IMG/VR virus record: IMGVR_UViG_3300010048_000014
Span: 1 to 54,049 of that record
From: a virus
Lineage: Duplodnaviria > Caudoviricetes
DNA: 54,049 nt
Direction: 5' to 3' (one strand)
The position numbers and the translations under genes were made by a program. Of the stretch, positions 1 to 7,780 are shown piece by piece (position 1 is the first letter of the stretch; the number at the start of each line of letters is the position of its first letter). A model generated the notes under the pieces. The model saw only the letters and a list, made by a program, of their open reading frames with translations, did no database searches and was not told the origin of the DNA.

Positions 1-175
1 ACGCCCAAGGGACTAGGGTTCCACCGATCCAGCGCACCGCAGGGTCAGGCGATAAGGGTAACAGCCCGCGCCGCGCCTCACATGTGCCTGTAACCGGCCC
101 AGTAAGCCGCTTTGAAAGTCAAAGGCGGGCGACGGCAATATCCAATTCCCAAACAGTAAATCATTTTTATTTACA

Positions 176-208
176 GCCTCGCTAAGTCGCGGGGCGTTTG
201 TCAATTTG
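176..208 (+). promoter_or_regulatory. Repeated leader element, copy 1: GC hairpin (loop TAAGTC) followed by GTTTGTCAATTTG
   Basis: GCCTCGC-TAAGTC-GCGGGGC then GTTTGTCAATTTG; same loop and tail as 1929-1965. Confidence 0.6.
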
Positions 209-252
209 ACCCGCGTGCAGCGGACCTGCACTGCTTACAAGGTAGGTTAATC

Positions 253-1917
253 ATGTCTGATCTAACAAACACCACAGCCGACGCTGTGAACGTATCGGCG
301 CAAGTCGCACTTACCACTAAGTCACAACGCGTCATGGCCGACATCAAAGCGGCGTTGCAAGCGCGCATTGCCTTGCTTTGGGTCGTGACTAAAGAGGAAA
401 GCCGCGCCGAGCGTTACATCGCGCAAGCGGCAAACGCTGCGGCGTATCAGTGCCGCACGTGGGATATTGCGCAGGGACCATGCGAGTTGAGCGGCAAGCC
501 GTTGCAACTCACGCAATCAAATGACCCTAGCGAAATGCTAGGCGTCATCTTGAACAAGTCGCGGCAGACAATGCGTGACGGCGACAGCGACCGTAACGTG
601 TGGATCATGCGTGATCTGCCCGTGTGGCTCGAAGGCATGCCGGGCGCTAGCGTGCTCCGGGCGGTGCGAAATATCGCACTGGCACGGCCGCGCATGGCGC
701 AAAACACTGCGCAGGCTATCGTTGTGATCTCGCCGTCTGGCAAAGTGCCAGACGAGTTAAGTGACCATGCAACGGTTATTGATTGGCCGTTGCCGGACAA
801 AATCGAAATTGCCGCGATCCTCGACGCGGCGATTGCGACCAACGTCAACAAGCTTCCTGAACTTGCGAACCTGACAAACGGCAAACGTGATGCCGCTGTT
901 GACGCGGCGTTAGGTTTGTCCGAGGCGGACACGCAAAACGCCTATTCCACATCGCTGGTGAAGTGTCGGACCATTGATGCGTTGCTAGTGGCGAGCGAGA
1001 AAAAGCGCGTCATTAGTAAAGAACGAATAATGGAATGGTACGACCCAATTGCAGGCGGTCTCGACAGCGTAGGCGGTTTGGAAAACCTAAAGGCGTGGTT
1101 GTTGACCATTGCTGATGCATGGTCCGAAAAGGCGCGCCGATACGGTTTGAAACCGCGTAAAGGCTGCATGCTTGTCGGCGTTCCGGGTTGCGGCAAATCC
1201 CTAACGGCGAAAGCAATCGCGACGGCGTTAGGTATCCCGCTTATCCGGCTTGATCTGGGCGCGCTCAAAAGCAAGTTTGTCGGCGAGAGCGAACAGAACA
1301 TTCGCAAAGCGTTCCGCGTTATCGAAGCCATCGGCCGTTGCGTCGTTTGGTTAGACGAAGTGGAAAAAGCGCTTGCGGGCGCGACAGACGGGAGTGCGGA
1401 TGGTGGCGTATCAACCGACGCACTTGGTTCAGTGCTGACTTGGATGCAAGAGCGGCAAGGCGAAGCGTTCGTGATCGCCACTGCTAACGACGTGTCGAAA
1501 CTGCCTCCAGAACTAATGCGCAAGGGCCGGTTTGACGAAGTGTTTTTCGTGGACCTGCCGACAGTCTCAGAGCGTAAGTCAATCTTGCAAGCTTCACTGC
1601 GCACTAACGGGCGCGCGGCAGACGGTCTTGATTTGGACCGCGTTGCTAGCGCGTGCTTTCGTGATGCCGCGCAATACGGCTTTACGGGCAGCGAAGTTGC
1701 GGAGCTTATCCCGACGGCAATGTATGCCGCATACGCCGACAACGCGCGCGCGATCACCACAGCTGACTTGCTGGCGGCTGCGGAACAAACCGTCCCGCTC
1801 GCAAAAACTGCAAGTGACAAAATCGCAGGCTTGCGGCAATGGGCAATCGGCAAGGCGCGGCTAGCAACAGCGGCCGAGCAAGTAACAGCGCAGCAATTAA
1901 GCGGCGTTGAAATTTAA
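253..1917 (+). CDS. AAA+ ATPase, Ycf46-like (degenerate N-terminal AAA-like domain plus intact C-terminal AAA domain)
   Basis: Walker A GVPGCGKS, pore loop SKFVGESE, Walker B VVWLDEVEK, sensor-1 ATAN, SRH LPPELMRKGRFDEVFFVDLP. Confidence 0.9.
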   Translation: MSDLTNTTADAVNVSAQVALTTKSQRVMADIKAALQARIALLWVVTKEESRAERYIAQAANAAAYQCRTWDIAQGPCELSGKPLQLTQSNDPSEMLGVILNKSRQTMRDGDSDRNVWIMRDLPVWLEGMPGASVLRAVRNIALARPRMAQNTAQAIVVISPSGKVPDELSDHATVIDWPLPDKIEIAAILDAAIATNVNKLPELANLTNGKRDAAVDAALGLSEADTQNAYSTSLVKCRTIDALLVASEKKRVISKERIMEWYDPIAGGLDSVGGLENLKAWLLTIADAWSEKARRYGLKPRKGCMLVGVPGCGKSLTAKAIATALGIPLIRLDLGALKSKFVGESEQNIRKAFRVIEAIGRCVVWLDEVEKALAGATDGSADGGVSTDALGSVLTWMQERQGEAFVIATANDVSKLPPELMRKGRFDEVFFVDLPTVSERKSILQASLRTNGRAADGLDLDRVASACFRDAAQYGFTGSEVAELIPTAMYAAYADNARAITTADLLAAAEQTVPLAKTASDKIAGLRQWAIGKARLATAAEQVTAQQLSGVEI

Positions 1918-1928
1918 CAAATAACTTT

Positions 1929-2000
1929 GCCGCGCTCTAAGTCGGGCGCGGTGTTTGTCAATTTGCAATGGTGCAAGCTGACTTAAACCGAAAGGGGTTT
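1929..2000 (+). promoter_or_regulatory. Repeated leader element, copy 2 (hairpin, GTTTGTCAATTTG, RBS GAAAGGGGTTT)
   Basis: GCCGCGCTC-TAAGTC-GGGCGCGGT then GTTTGTCAATTTG; RBS before ATG 2004. Confidence 0.6.
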
Positions 2001-2003
2001 AAC

Positions 2004-2816
2004 ATGCGCGTTTCTACAATTCGACCCGGAACGCTGGTCACGCTAAAAACTTCGATCAGTGGCAATGTTCGCTACTTCAAAACAAATGTGGAAGCCGAAC
2101 ATTTGCTAGAGAACGGACAGACTAGCGAAGCGGAGTGGAATACTCGCCGCATCACGCTAGACAAAGCGGAACATGAGCTTGCGGTAAAAACCCGGAGCCG
2201 GTGCCGCTCGCTTATCACTGGCTGTTGCACCGTGGGCAACTTCCTGATTTGCCCCGTGGCAAATCGCGACAATCTGGAAAAGGCTATCGCGGAGGCGGAG
2301 GCATTAGCGCGCGATTTTAACGCTAAGGCAAACGTAACGCGGATTAGCGTTTACCCGGCTATGACGGAAGTTGCGCCCGACGACTTGCGTTGGATGCAAC
2401 TTATTAACAGCGAAGTCCGCGACTTGTTGGATGCAATGGCGCAAGGCGTCAAAAACCTTGACCCGGATGCAATCCGCAAAGCTGCAAACACTGCGCAGTC
2501 GGTCGGCAAATCTTTGACGCCGGAAGCGCAGGAACGCTTGCAAGCTTCGATTGATGCCGTGCGCAAACAGGCGCGCGCCATTACCAAGGCGGGCGAAACT
2601 GCGGCCGTTGAAATTGATGCGACCGTGTTCAAACAACTCGAAGAAAGTCGCACCGCGTTTCTGGAAATTGGCGACGACGTGCAAGCGCCAGTCGCCGCGC
2701 CGGAGGCGGAAGGCCGGGGCGTTGACTTTGACGCCGTGCAAGTCGGCCGCGACTTAGCCGAAACAATGAAACTAGAAGACGTGCAAGCCGCGATTGATCG
2801 AGGCATTGATCTGTAA
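2004..2816 (+). CDS. Hypothetical, largely alpha-helical protein; probable partner of the AAA+ ATPase
   Basis: Long ORF; start reassigned to ATG 2004 behind AAAGGGGTTT RBS. Confidence 0.8.
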   Translation: MRVSTIRPGTLVTLKTSISGNVRYFKTNVEAEHLLENGQTSEAEWNTRRITLDKAEHELAVKTRSRCRSLITGCCTVGNFLICPVANRDNLEKAIAEAEALARDFNAKANVTRISVYPAMTEVAPDDLRWMQLINSEVRDLLDAMAQGVKNLDPDAIRKAANTAQSVGKSLTPEAQERLQASIDAVRKQARAITKAGETAAVEIDATVFKQLEESRTAFLEIGDDVQAPVAAPEAEGRGVDFDAVQVGRDLAETMKLEDVQAAIDRGIDL

Positions 2817-2821
2817 ACTAT

Positions 2822-2892
2822 TGCGGCGGGACGTTTGCTCCGCCGCATTTGTCACTTTGCAACGTGACGGTAACGCAACAGGAAAGGGGTTT
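2822..2892 (+). promoter_or_regulatory. Repeated leader element, copy 3
   Basis: TGCGGCGG/CCGCCGCA stem, TTTGTCACTTTG, ACGCAAC, GAAAGGGGTTT. Confidence 0.6.
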
Positions 2893-2895
2893 ACC

Positions 2896-3240
2896 ATGCC
2901 ATGCAATACCAGATTAAAACCGCGCCAGACAATTCAGGAACGCGCGGCGGAAGTACGAAAAGCAGTGGACGCGCTAGCGCTAAAACTGCTTAAGCGACAA
3001 GTGCGCCCCGTTGTCGATAAGACCACGGGAGCGATCACGTTCGCGGGCTGGAGTGAAACGGATCGCGACGGCATCACTGACGCGTGCGCGTATCGGCGTA
3101 TCAAGACGCAAGGCAATGCACTGGTGCAAGCTGAGATCGCACGCGCCGAGGCAATGGCGGGTAGGCCAGTCAACACCAAGGCGCTAGCGCAGGGCGTTCA
3201 CTCACATGACGGGGGAGTGTCATGGCACCACGGGCATTAA
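2896..3240 (+). CDS. Hypothetical protein with His-rich C-terminus (HSHDGGVSWHHGH)
   Basis: ATG 2896 behind GAAAGGGGTTT RBS. Confidence 0.75.
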   Translation: MPCNTRLKPRQTIQERAAEVRKAVDALALKLLKRQVRPVVDKTTGAITFAGWSETDRDGITDACAYRRIKTQGNALVQAEIARAEAMAGRPVNTKALAQGVHSHDGGVSWHHGH

Positions 3241-3363
3241 ACGCGCTTTGGCAATGGGAGGAAACCAACCAACCATTGGAAGCAAAGCGCCAAATCGCCG
3301 CGCGACTTGCGGCTGTTGTCCTGACCTACCGTTATCGGAAAGTAGAAAATTGACTGCACTAAG

Positions 3364-3424
3364 CGGGGCGCATGCGCCCCGTCATAGTGTTGTCAACCGA
3401 CAGCACGCAACCGAAAGGGGTTTT
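3364..3424 (+). promoter_or_regulatory. Repeated leader element, variant copy 4
   Basis: Palindrome CGGGGCGCATGCGCCCCG, TTGTCAA, CAGCACGCAAC, GAAAGGGGTTTT. Confidence 0.5.
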
Positions 3425-3427
3425 GCT

Positions 3428-3700
3428 ATGCGAATAGGAACAACGGCAAACGAGTGGCAAATAACTTTTAATGGCAAGTCCTATAAAATAACCCGGCGTC
3501 ATTATCCCGCGCTCTACAAAGCGGCGACCGTGTACGGTCCCGCCGTTAGCACGCCGCCAAAAGACTACTGGCGCGTAGCTTCCGACGGTCGCACACATTG
3601 GCGCGACTTAGATGAAACAGGCGTAACCTATCAAAAAGTTTTGAAAGCGTTCAAAGATCACATCGGCGAGACAATGCTCTCCGATTGCATTGGCGCTTAA
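3428..3700 (+). CDS. Hypothetical protein
   Basis: ATG 3428 (MRIGTTANEW) behind GAAAGGGG RBS. Confidence 0.7.
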   Translation: MRIGTTANEWQITFNGKSYKITRRHYPALYKAATVYGPAVSTPPKDYWRVASDGRTHWRDLDETGVTYQKVLKAFKDHIGETMLSDCIGA

Positions 3701-3706
3701 CTTATT

Positions 3707-3780
3707 GCCGCGCGTTTCGACGCGCGGCGTTTGTCACTTTGTGACCGTGACGCAATCATGCGGCACGATTGAAAGAGGTT
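3707..3780 (+). promoter_or_regulatory. Repeated leader element, copy 5
   Basis: GCCGCGCGT-TTCG-ACGCGCGGC then GTTTGTCACTTTG; GAAAGAGGTT RBS. Confidence 0.6.
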
Positions 3781-3783
3781 GCT

Positions 3784-3861
3784 ATGGACTATCAGCCTTT
3801 GATTGACGCGCTAGCAATGTGCCTTTGCATTGCTTTCGCTGTCGGGATCGGTGCGCCATGA
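3784..3861 (+). CDS. 25-aa hydrophobic peptide (MDYQPLIDALAMCLCIAFAVGIGAP)
   Basis: Hand-translated; good RBS; ATGA overlap with next gene. Confidence 0.55.
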   Translation: MDYQPLIDALAMCLCIAFAVGIGAP

Positions 3862-4073
3862 AAAAGATCATCTTGGAAAAGCGCCGCGACTATTGGGGCG
3901 CTTGGCTATACGGCATTGATGGCATGCCGGAAGATGTAGAGTTGCCGTTGCCGTGGTCGCCGCAAGCGTATCTGATGACAGTTGCGCGCGATATGCGGAA
4001 ACGGTTTCCGGGCGCGCGCCTGCTTTACCGCGACACCTTGGGGCAACTTTCGCAAGTGGCGGAAACGCCATGA
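3858..4073 (+). CDS. Hypothetical protein
   Basis: ATGA overlaps at both ends. Confidence 0.65.
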   Translation: MKKIILEKRRDYWGAWLYGIDGMPEDVELPLPWSPQAYLMTVARDMRKRFPGARLLYRDTLGQLSQVAETP

Positions 4074-4438
4074 AACCGGCCGCGCTAATCCCGCGCGACA
4101 TCGCGCAACGCAAGCCGCCTCACGGGGCGGCTTGCAACCGTTGCGGGGTCTGTTGCCTCGTAACCCTATGCGAGATCGGCCGCGCCGTTCACGGGCGCGA
4201 CCGTGGCCCTTGCCCGTCACTGCGCTGGGAGGGCGCGGAGAGTAGCTGCGCCCTTACCCGGCTAGGCCCGCCGCACCTTAACGCGGCGGCGCTTACCTTG
4301 GTACGCGCGGGCGAGGGCTGTGACTGCCGCATAAACGGGGAACCGACTAACACGGCATTCCACGCCTACCAAGACAACCGCGACAAGGAACGCGCCGCCG
4401 AGATCAAAGCCGCGCGCAAGCTTTGGGGATTGGATTGA
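4070..4438 (+). CDS. CxxCxxCC cysteine-cluster protein (YkgJ-like, putative Fe-S or Zn binding)
   Basis: CNRCGVCC...C...CPSL...C motif; ATGA overlap. Confidence 0.65.
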   Translation: MKPAALIPRDIAQRKPPHGAACNRCGVCCLVTLCEIGRAVHGRDRGPCPSLRWEGAESSCALTRLGPPHLNAAALTLVRAGEGCDCRINGEPTNTAFHAYQDNRDKERAAEIKAARKLWGLD

Positions 4439-4540
4439 TCCGCTACGGGACAGGACGGCGCAAGCCGCCCTGCCCCGCGTCCGCCTCGCCTGATGGCGCG
4501 CGGGGCGCGCAATGGACGGCGGCAAATCCCGCGCCATAAA

Positions 4541-4638
4541 CTAAACGAGATTTCTAACCCAAACGTAATTTCTAACGTAAAACCTAATGCAAACATAAAA
4601 TCTAAACGAAAAACCTAACCCAAACGTAAAACCTAACG
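4541..4638. repeat. AT-rich, G-poor array of CTAA-anchored imperfect repeats
   Basis: CTAA units spaced 13/18/12/18/13/18 nt; 4541-4577 recurs nearly intact at 4602-4638. Confidence 0.75.
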
Positions 4639-4642
4639 CTAT

Positions 4643-4673
4643 TTGCCTTTCCAGGCGTAGTTTGATATACTAC
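4643..4673 (+). promoter_or_regulatory. Sigma70-type promoter overlapped by palindrome GTAGT-N7-ACTAC
   Basis: TTGCCT (4643-4648), 17 bp, TATACT (4666-4671). Confidence 0.6.
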
Positions 4674-4678
4674 ATGAC

Positions 4679-4765
4679 ATGGAAATCTTTCTACTGATTG
4701 TCATTGCTTATCTGGTGCTATGCGTCGCAACACAGCTAGCCGTTATTTCTGACCGCAATCGCTAG
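4679..4765 (+). CDS. 28-aa single-TM peptide, probably leaderless
   Basis: MEIFLLIVIAYLVLCVATQLAVISDRNR; ATG 7 nt after the -10 box. Confidence 0.5.
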   Translation: MEIFLLIVIAYLVLCVATQLAVISDRNR

Positions 4766-5031
4766 CCGCCGGGTGATTTCGGCTTGTTCTGTTCTTCGTA
4801 ACCTTCGGTTCGGCTTTTGCGCGCAGCGCCGATCTGCACCCATTCTGCGCATCGATCCTGACTGTCGATTACCCCACGCACTAGCTCGCAACTACCGATC
4901 AGGGGGCTGGCGGGATAGTACATATCGCAATTACCACAGCGGCGCGGACCATCGGCCCTACGATAGTTGACGGACGCCTTAGAGACTTTCTCTTTGCCTT
5001 CCATGGAGCGCCACAGGCTATAACCGGACAT
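4762..5031 (-). CDS. HiPIP-like small 4-Cys iron-sulfur protein
   Basis: KASVNY...CGNCDMY...GSCELVRGVI...CAEW resembles HiPIP Cys spacing; no Tat signal. Confidence 0.6.
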   Translation of the reverse strand: MSGYSLWRSMEGKEKVSKASVNYRRADGPRRCGNCDMYYPASPLIGSCELVRGVIDSQDRCAEWVQIGAARKSRTEGYEEQNKPKSPGG

Positions 5032-5356
5032 CCCAATCTTCCGGCGTCATAAACGATGGCAGCATACCAGCTTCCTTCAGCGCTTGCACCCTCTCTTCTT
5101 CGCGCTTCTTTTGGGCGCGATAGCGGCTGTTGATGATCCCCAGCCACTCCCGTAGCTCTAACTTAGGCTCCACTGGATCGACCTTCGATTGAGGGCGCGG
5201 CCACTTGCCGAAGATCGCCCTGAACTTGTGACAGACCCAGCCCCACTTGTAGCCCTTGTGCTGTGCTATCCATAACAGACCTGCATAAGTTTCGCGCGGA
5301 TCGCCGTTCTTCACCTTCAATTCAATCAGCCCGTTGTGCGAGAGCTTGCGCGACAT
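5018..5356 (-). CDS. Stand-alone protein resembling the C-terminal domain of phage SF2 helicases
   Basis: YAGLLWIAQHKGYKWGWVCHKFRAIFGKWP motif; start reassigned to ATG 5356. Confidence 0.6.
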   Translation of the reverse strand: MSRKLSHNGLIELKVKNGDPRETYAGLLWIAQHKGYKWGWVCHKFRAIFGKWPRPQSKVDPVEPKLELREWLGIINSRYRAQKKREEERVQALKEAGMLPSFMTPEDWDVRL

Positions 5357-5829
5357 CACAGCACCACAATTTTTGTCAGCGCGACTGGACATTGGTAGCA
5401 AGAAAACTCGTAACCTTTTTTTGTGTCCATGGTGGTTACAGTCGTCCACGACGGACGAGTTCTAGCCATAACTTGCACGGCATGGCTCATGGCTTGGTTC
5501 ACGATGTAATAACCGTCAGGTTCAGCCGCGTCTGATTTATCAATGCGATCTAAAAATACCGTGGGGAACGGATATTGATCGATAAACTCTAACTGTTTCC
5601 ACTTAACTTCGATCTTCCACCAACGAACACTATCTACCATTTGCAGTAGAATATCAGCATCATCACCATAACCATTACGCTGCTCGAAACTTGGTCTGAT
5701 CCGGAGTGGGTTAACCTGAACTAAACAATTCCCTTTGCTATGAAGATATTGAGCAACACGAAATACAGCCGCCCACTGTTTAACGACAGCTTCGCGAAAC
5801 CGTTGTTCCTCATCCACGGCGAACCTCAT
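5356..5829 (-). CDS. PD-(D/E)xK superfamily nuclease
   Basis: DDADIL...IEVK catalytic pattern. Confidence 0.6.
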   Translation of the reverse strand: MRFAVDEEQRFREAVVKQWAAVFRVAQYLHSKGNCLVQVNPLRIRPSFEQRNGYGDDADILLQMVDSVRWWKIEVKWKQLEFIDQYPFPTVFLDRIDKSDAAEPDGYYIVNQAMSHAVQVMARTRPSWTTVTTMDTKKGYEFSCYQCPVALTKIVVL

Positions 5830-6289
5830 AACCGCATTTTGGACAGATGATGCCTTTGTACTCCGGGCTGCGGCGCGGTTTCATAAATGCGCTGCGCTCG
5901 ACAGCGTGCTCAACATTGGCTCGACCATCGATCACAAACAGCTTGAACTCTTTGTCTGTTAGTTTGGCGAGCTTACGAGCGCGATGCGCCAATCCCTTAT
6001 CGATCCCGTTATCCCGAAGCGTAGGTAACGGGTTTTGCCGGTGCCCGTTTGGGCGTCCTTCCGGGGCGCGGTCACCACGACCGTTCGCCATCATCTCCCC
6101 AACCTTCCGTTCCGCCCGGACCCGTATTTCGAAGGCGTTTGCCTCTAAATTCTTGTTTTTAGCCTGCTTGGCATAGGCTTTGAGTACAAATGCCGCATCA
6201 CGTATTTTTTCCACTTCATCAATCGATCTAGCGATCTCCAATGCCCGACAGGCAGCGTCGTAATTCACCAGAACAATCTCGTTAGGCAT
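5810..6289 (-). CDS. Helical phage protein resembling the N-terminal domain often fused to phage DNA methyltransferases; C-terminal CxxC
   Basis: YDAACRAL...IDEVEKIRD...AYAKQAKN...EIRVRAERKVGEMM; no MTase motifs present. Confidence 0.65.
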   Translation of the reverse strand: MPNEIVLVNYDAACRALEIARSIDEVEKIRDAAFVLKAYAKQAKNKNLEANAFEIRVRAERKVGEMMANGRGDRAPEGRPNGHRQNPLPTLRDNGIDKGLAHRARKLAKLTDKEFKLFVIDGRANVEHAVERSAFMKPRRSPEYKGIICPKCGYEVRRG

Positions 6290-6310
6290 GTGCAGGAACC
6301 TCTAGTCTGA

Positions 6311-6512
6311 GTTACCGGCTTGGTATCCTCTCTTCCTCGCCAAGCCTCTTTCTTTATTGTGGCTCAGAGGTTTAGCGAAGTAAGAGGAGCAAGCCTCTTG
6401 GTAAGTAAGAGCACTAATCTTACGCACAGCAGGGACCAGCCCCGGAAGAGAGGGGTTACCTCTGCTCCGGGGTATGCCACCGCACCAGAGCGCTCTGGCA
6501 GTGGCGGTTTTC
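6311..6512 (+). ncRNA. Candidate structured RNA, antisense to the leftward operon
   Basis: Four successive stem-loops; G-U pairs favour the + strand; last hairpin followed by GTTTT. Confidence 0.35.
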
Positions 6513-6665
6513 GTCTTGCAGGGCTTGATTGGAACCGGCAGTTAGGATAAGAGTTCTGCCAATTCAGCCTCGATGTGCCTGCAAGCTAGCATCGAGTTTC
6601 GCGGCGGTCTGCCCCACCCGGTCAGATCGCCGCAATCTTTTTGTAATCCTCCTGACGTAATTCCG

Positions 6666-7022
6666 TCAAGTGGAAAGTGGTCGGATGGTGACGCGGCATT
6701 GCTCCGGTAGGTCGTCCGCCCATAAGACGTGGATGCTCTCGATGTGCTGCGGCCCGTCGTCGGAAACTGCCCCACGGGATACGCAATAATCCAGCAGGCA
6801 CTTCAGTATGTTGTCCGGGTCTTTTCTCATAGTGGTGCGACGGATATGGATTGTAATCTCGTAGGCCCCAACAATGGTTTCGTATTTATTTTGTCGATTA
6901 ACCATCAGGCGCTTGTCGTTGTCCTTACGCCAGTTTTCAGCTTTCTGATGCCCCCAGTAATCGACCCGCCGCGTCGTGTTCACTGACGGGGGCAGGGTCA
7001 GGTCTAATACCGTATCACTCAT
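6666..7022 (-). CDS. rusA: RusA-like Holliday junction resolvase
   Basis: LPPSVN, KDPDNILKCLLD, VSDD motifs. Confidence 0.85.
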   Translation of the reverse strand: MSDTVLDLTLPPSVNTTRRVDYWGHQKAENWRKDNDKRLMVNRQNKYETIVGAYEITIHIRRTTMRKDPDNILKCLLDYCVSRGAVSDDGPQHIESIHVLWADDLPEQCRVTIRPLST

Positions 7023-7242
7023 CCGCTAGCTCTGCCCCCTTGCCTACCGTGCAGCGGACAGCCCACACCGCCGACCCCTCATGGAATAGGGCAGCAAGGG
7101 CATAGGGGCTTGCGCCTATTTGTTTTAATTGACGGCAGGCAGCAAACAGCGGGCGCTGGGAACGCCCCTGTACGGGGCTTCCCGCCACCTTGTAATCGAA
7201 GACGCCCTTGCGGGAGGGCTTAATAATAACCCGGTATTCCAT
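7015..7242 (-). CDS. Hypothetical protein
   Basis: ATG 7242 coupled to the GcrA stop; overlaps RusA start. Confidence 0.6.
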   Translation of the reverse strand: MEYRVIIKPSRKGVFDYKVAGSPVQGRSQRPLFAACRQLKQIGASPYALAALFHEGSAVWAVRCTVGKGAELADE

Positions 7243-7763
7243 CACACCGCCCTCTTGATGACGAAGCCTCTGCCGCTGGGATAGCGCAAACCGTGGTAGG
7301 CAACTTTCTTGTGGATAACGCAATACGGGGAGAGATCATCCGAACAGGGGGCACCACAGTAGCCGAAGTCGGCAGTCTGGGGGTCGCCAATCGGCCATTT
7401 GCACATCCCCGGCCCCAGATCGAGGATGGTGACCTTGCCCCCCTCCCGGTAGCTAGTCTTGGCAGCTACGGAAGGTTCCGGCATCGGGATGTCCTTGACC
7501 GTCACCGGGTTCCCATCGGATCGCTTCTGGCCCAAGATTGCCTTAATTGACTTCCGCCCCACCGTACCCCGGTTCTCGCCATGGGTCATCGGGGCAGGGT
7601 TCTTGGGACGCGGTACCCGCATCAGCCCCAATCGCCAGACAAGGCCCATGATAGAACGCCGGGACTTGCCCAGCTTGTTCCCAATCCAGAGCGCCGAATA
7701 GCCCTGCATCCAATAGTCGCGCACCACTTTCTTGTTCTCATCAGTCCATAAGTCGCCGCGCAT
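7242..7763 (-). CDS. gcrA: GcrA cell-cycle regulator homolog
   Basis: N-terminal WTDE..W.QGYSA..IG..LG.SR..IMG.V.RLGL HTH; C-terminal CKWPIGDP..FGYCG...PYC..H; start uncertain (7763 or 7790). Confidence 0.9.
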   Translation of the reverse strand: MRGDLWTDENKKVVRDYWMQGYSALWIGNKLGKSRRSIMGLVWRLGLMRVPRPKNPAPMTHGENRGTVGRKSIKAILGQKRSDGNPVTVKDIPMPEPSVAAKTSYREGGKVTILDLGPGMCKWPIGDPQTADFGYCGAPCSDDLSPYCVIHKKVAYHGLRYPSGRGFVIKRAV

Positions 7764-7780
7764 CAGTAAGACTTTCTCAT

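Noticed and set aside
1-60. Terminal direct repeat with the window end
   Set aside because: No sequence match seen between the two ends
942-1853. 303-aa minus-strand ORF and similar long antisense ORFs (18521-19438, 36601-37467, 44844-45527)
   Set aside because: Fully overlap well-supported genes on the other strand; no motifs
176-3741. TTGTCA/TTGACA in the repeated leaders as ordinary sigma70 -35 boxes
   Set aside because: No plausible -10 at 16-18 bp on either strand in the copies checked
4541-4638. CRISPR array
   Set aside because: Units are 12-18 nt, degenerate, with no unique spacers; no cas genes
6542-6775. 77-aa ORF overlapping RusA
   Set aside because: Large overlap, no RBS or motif seen
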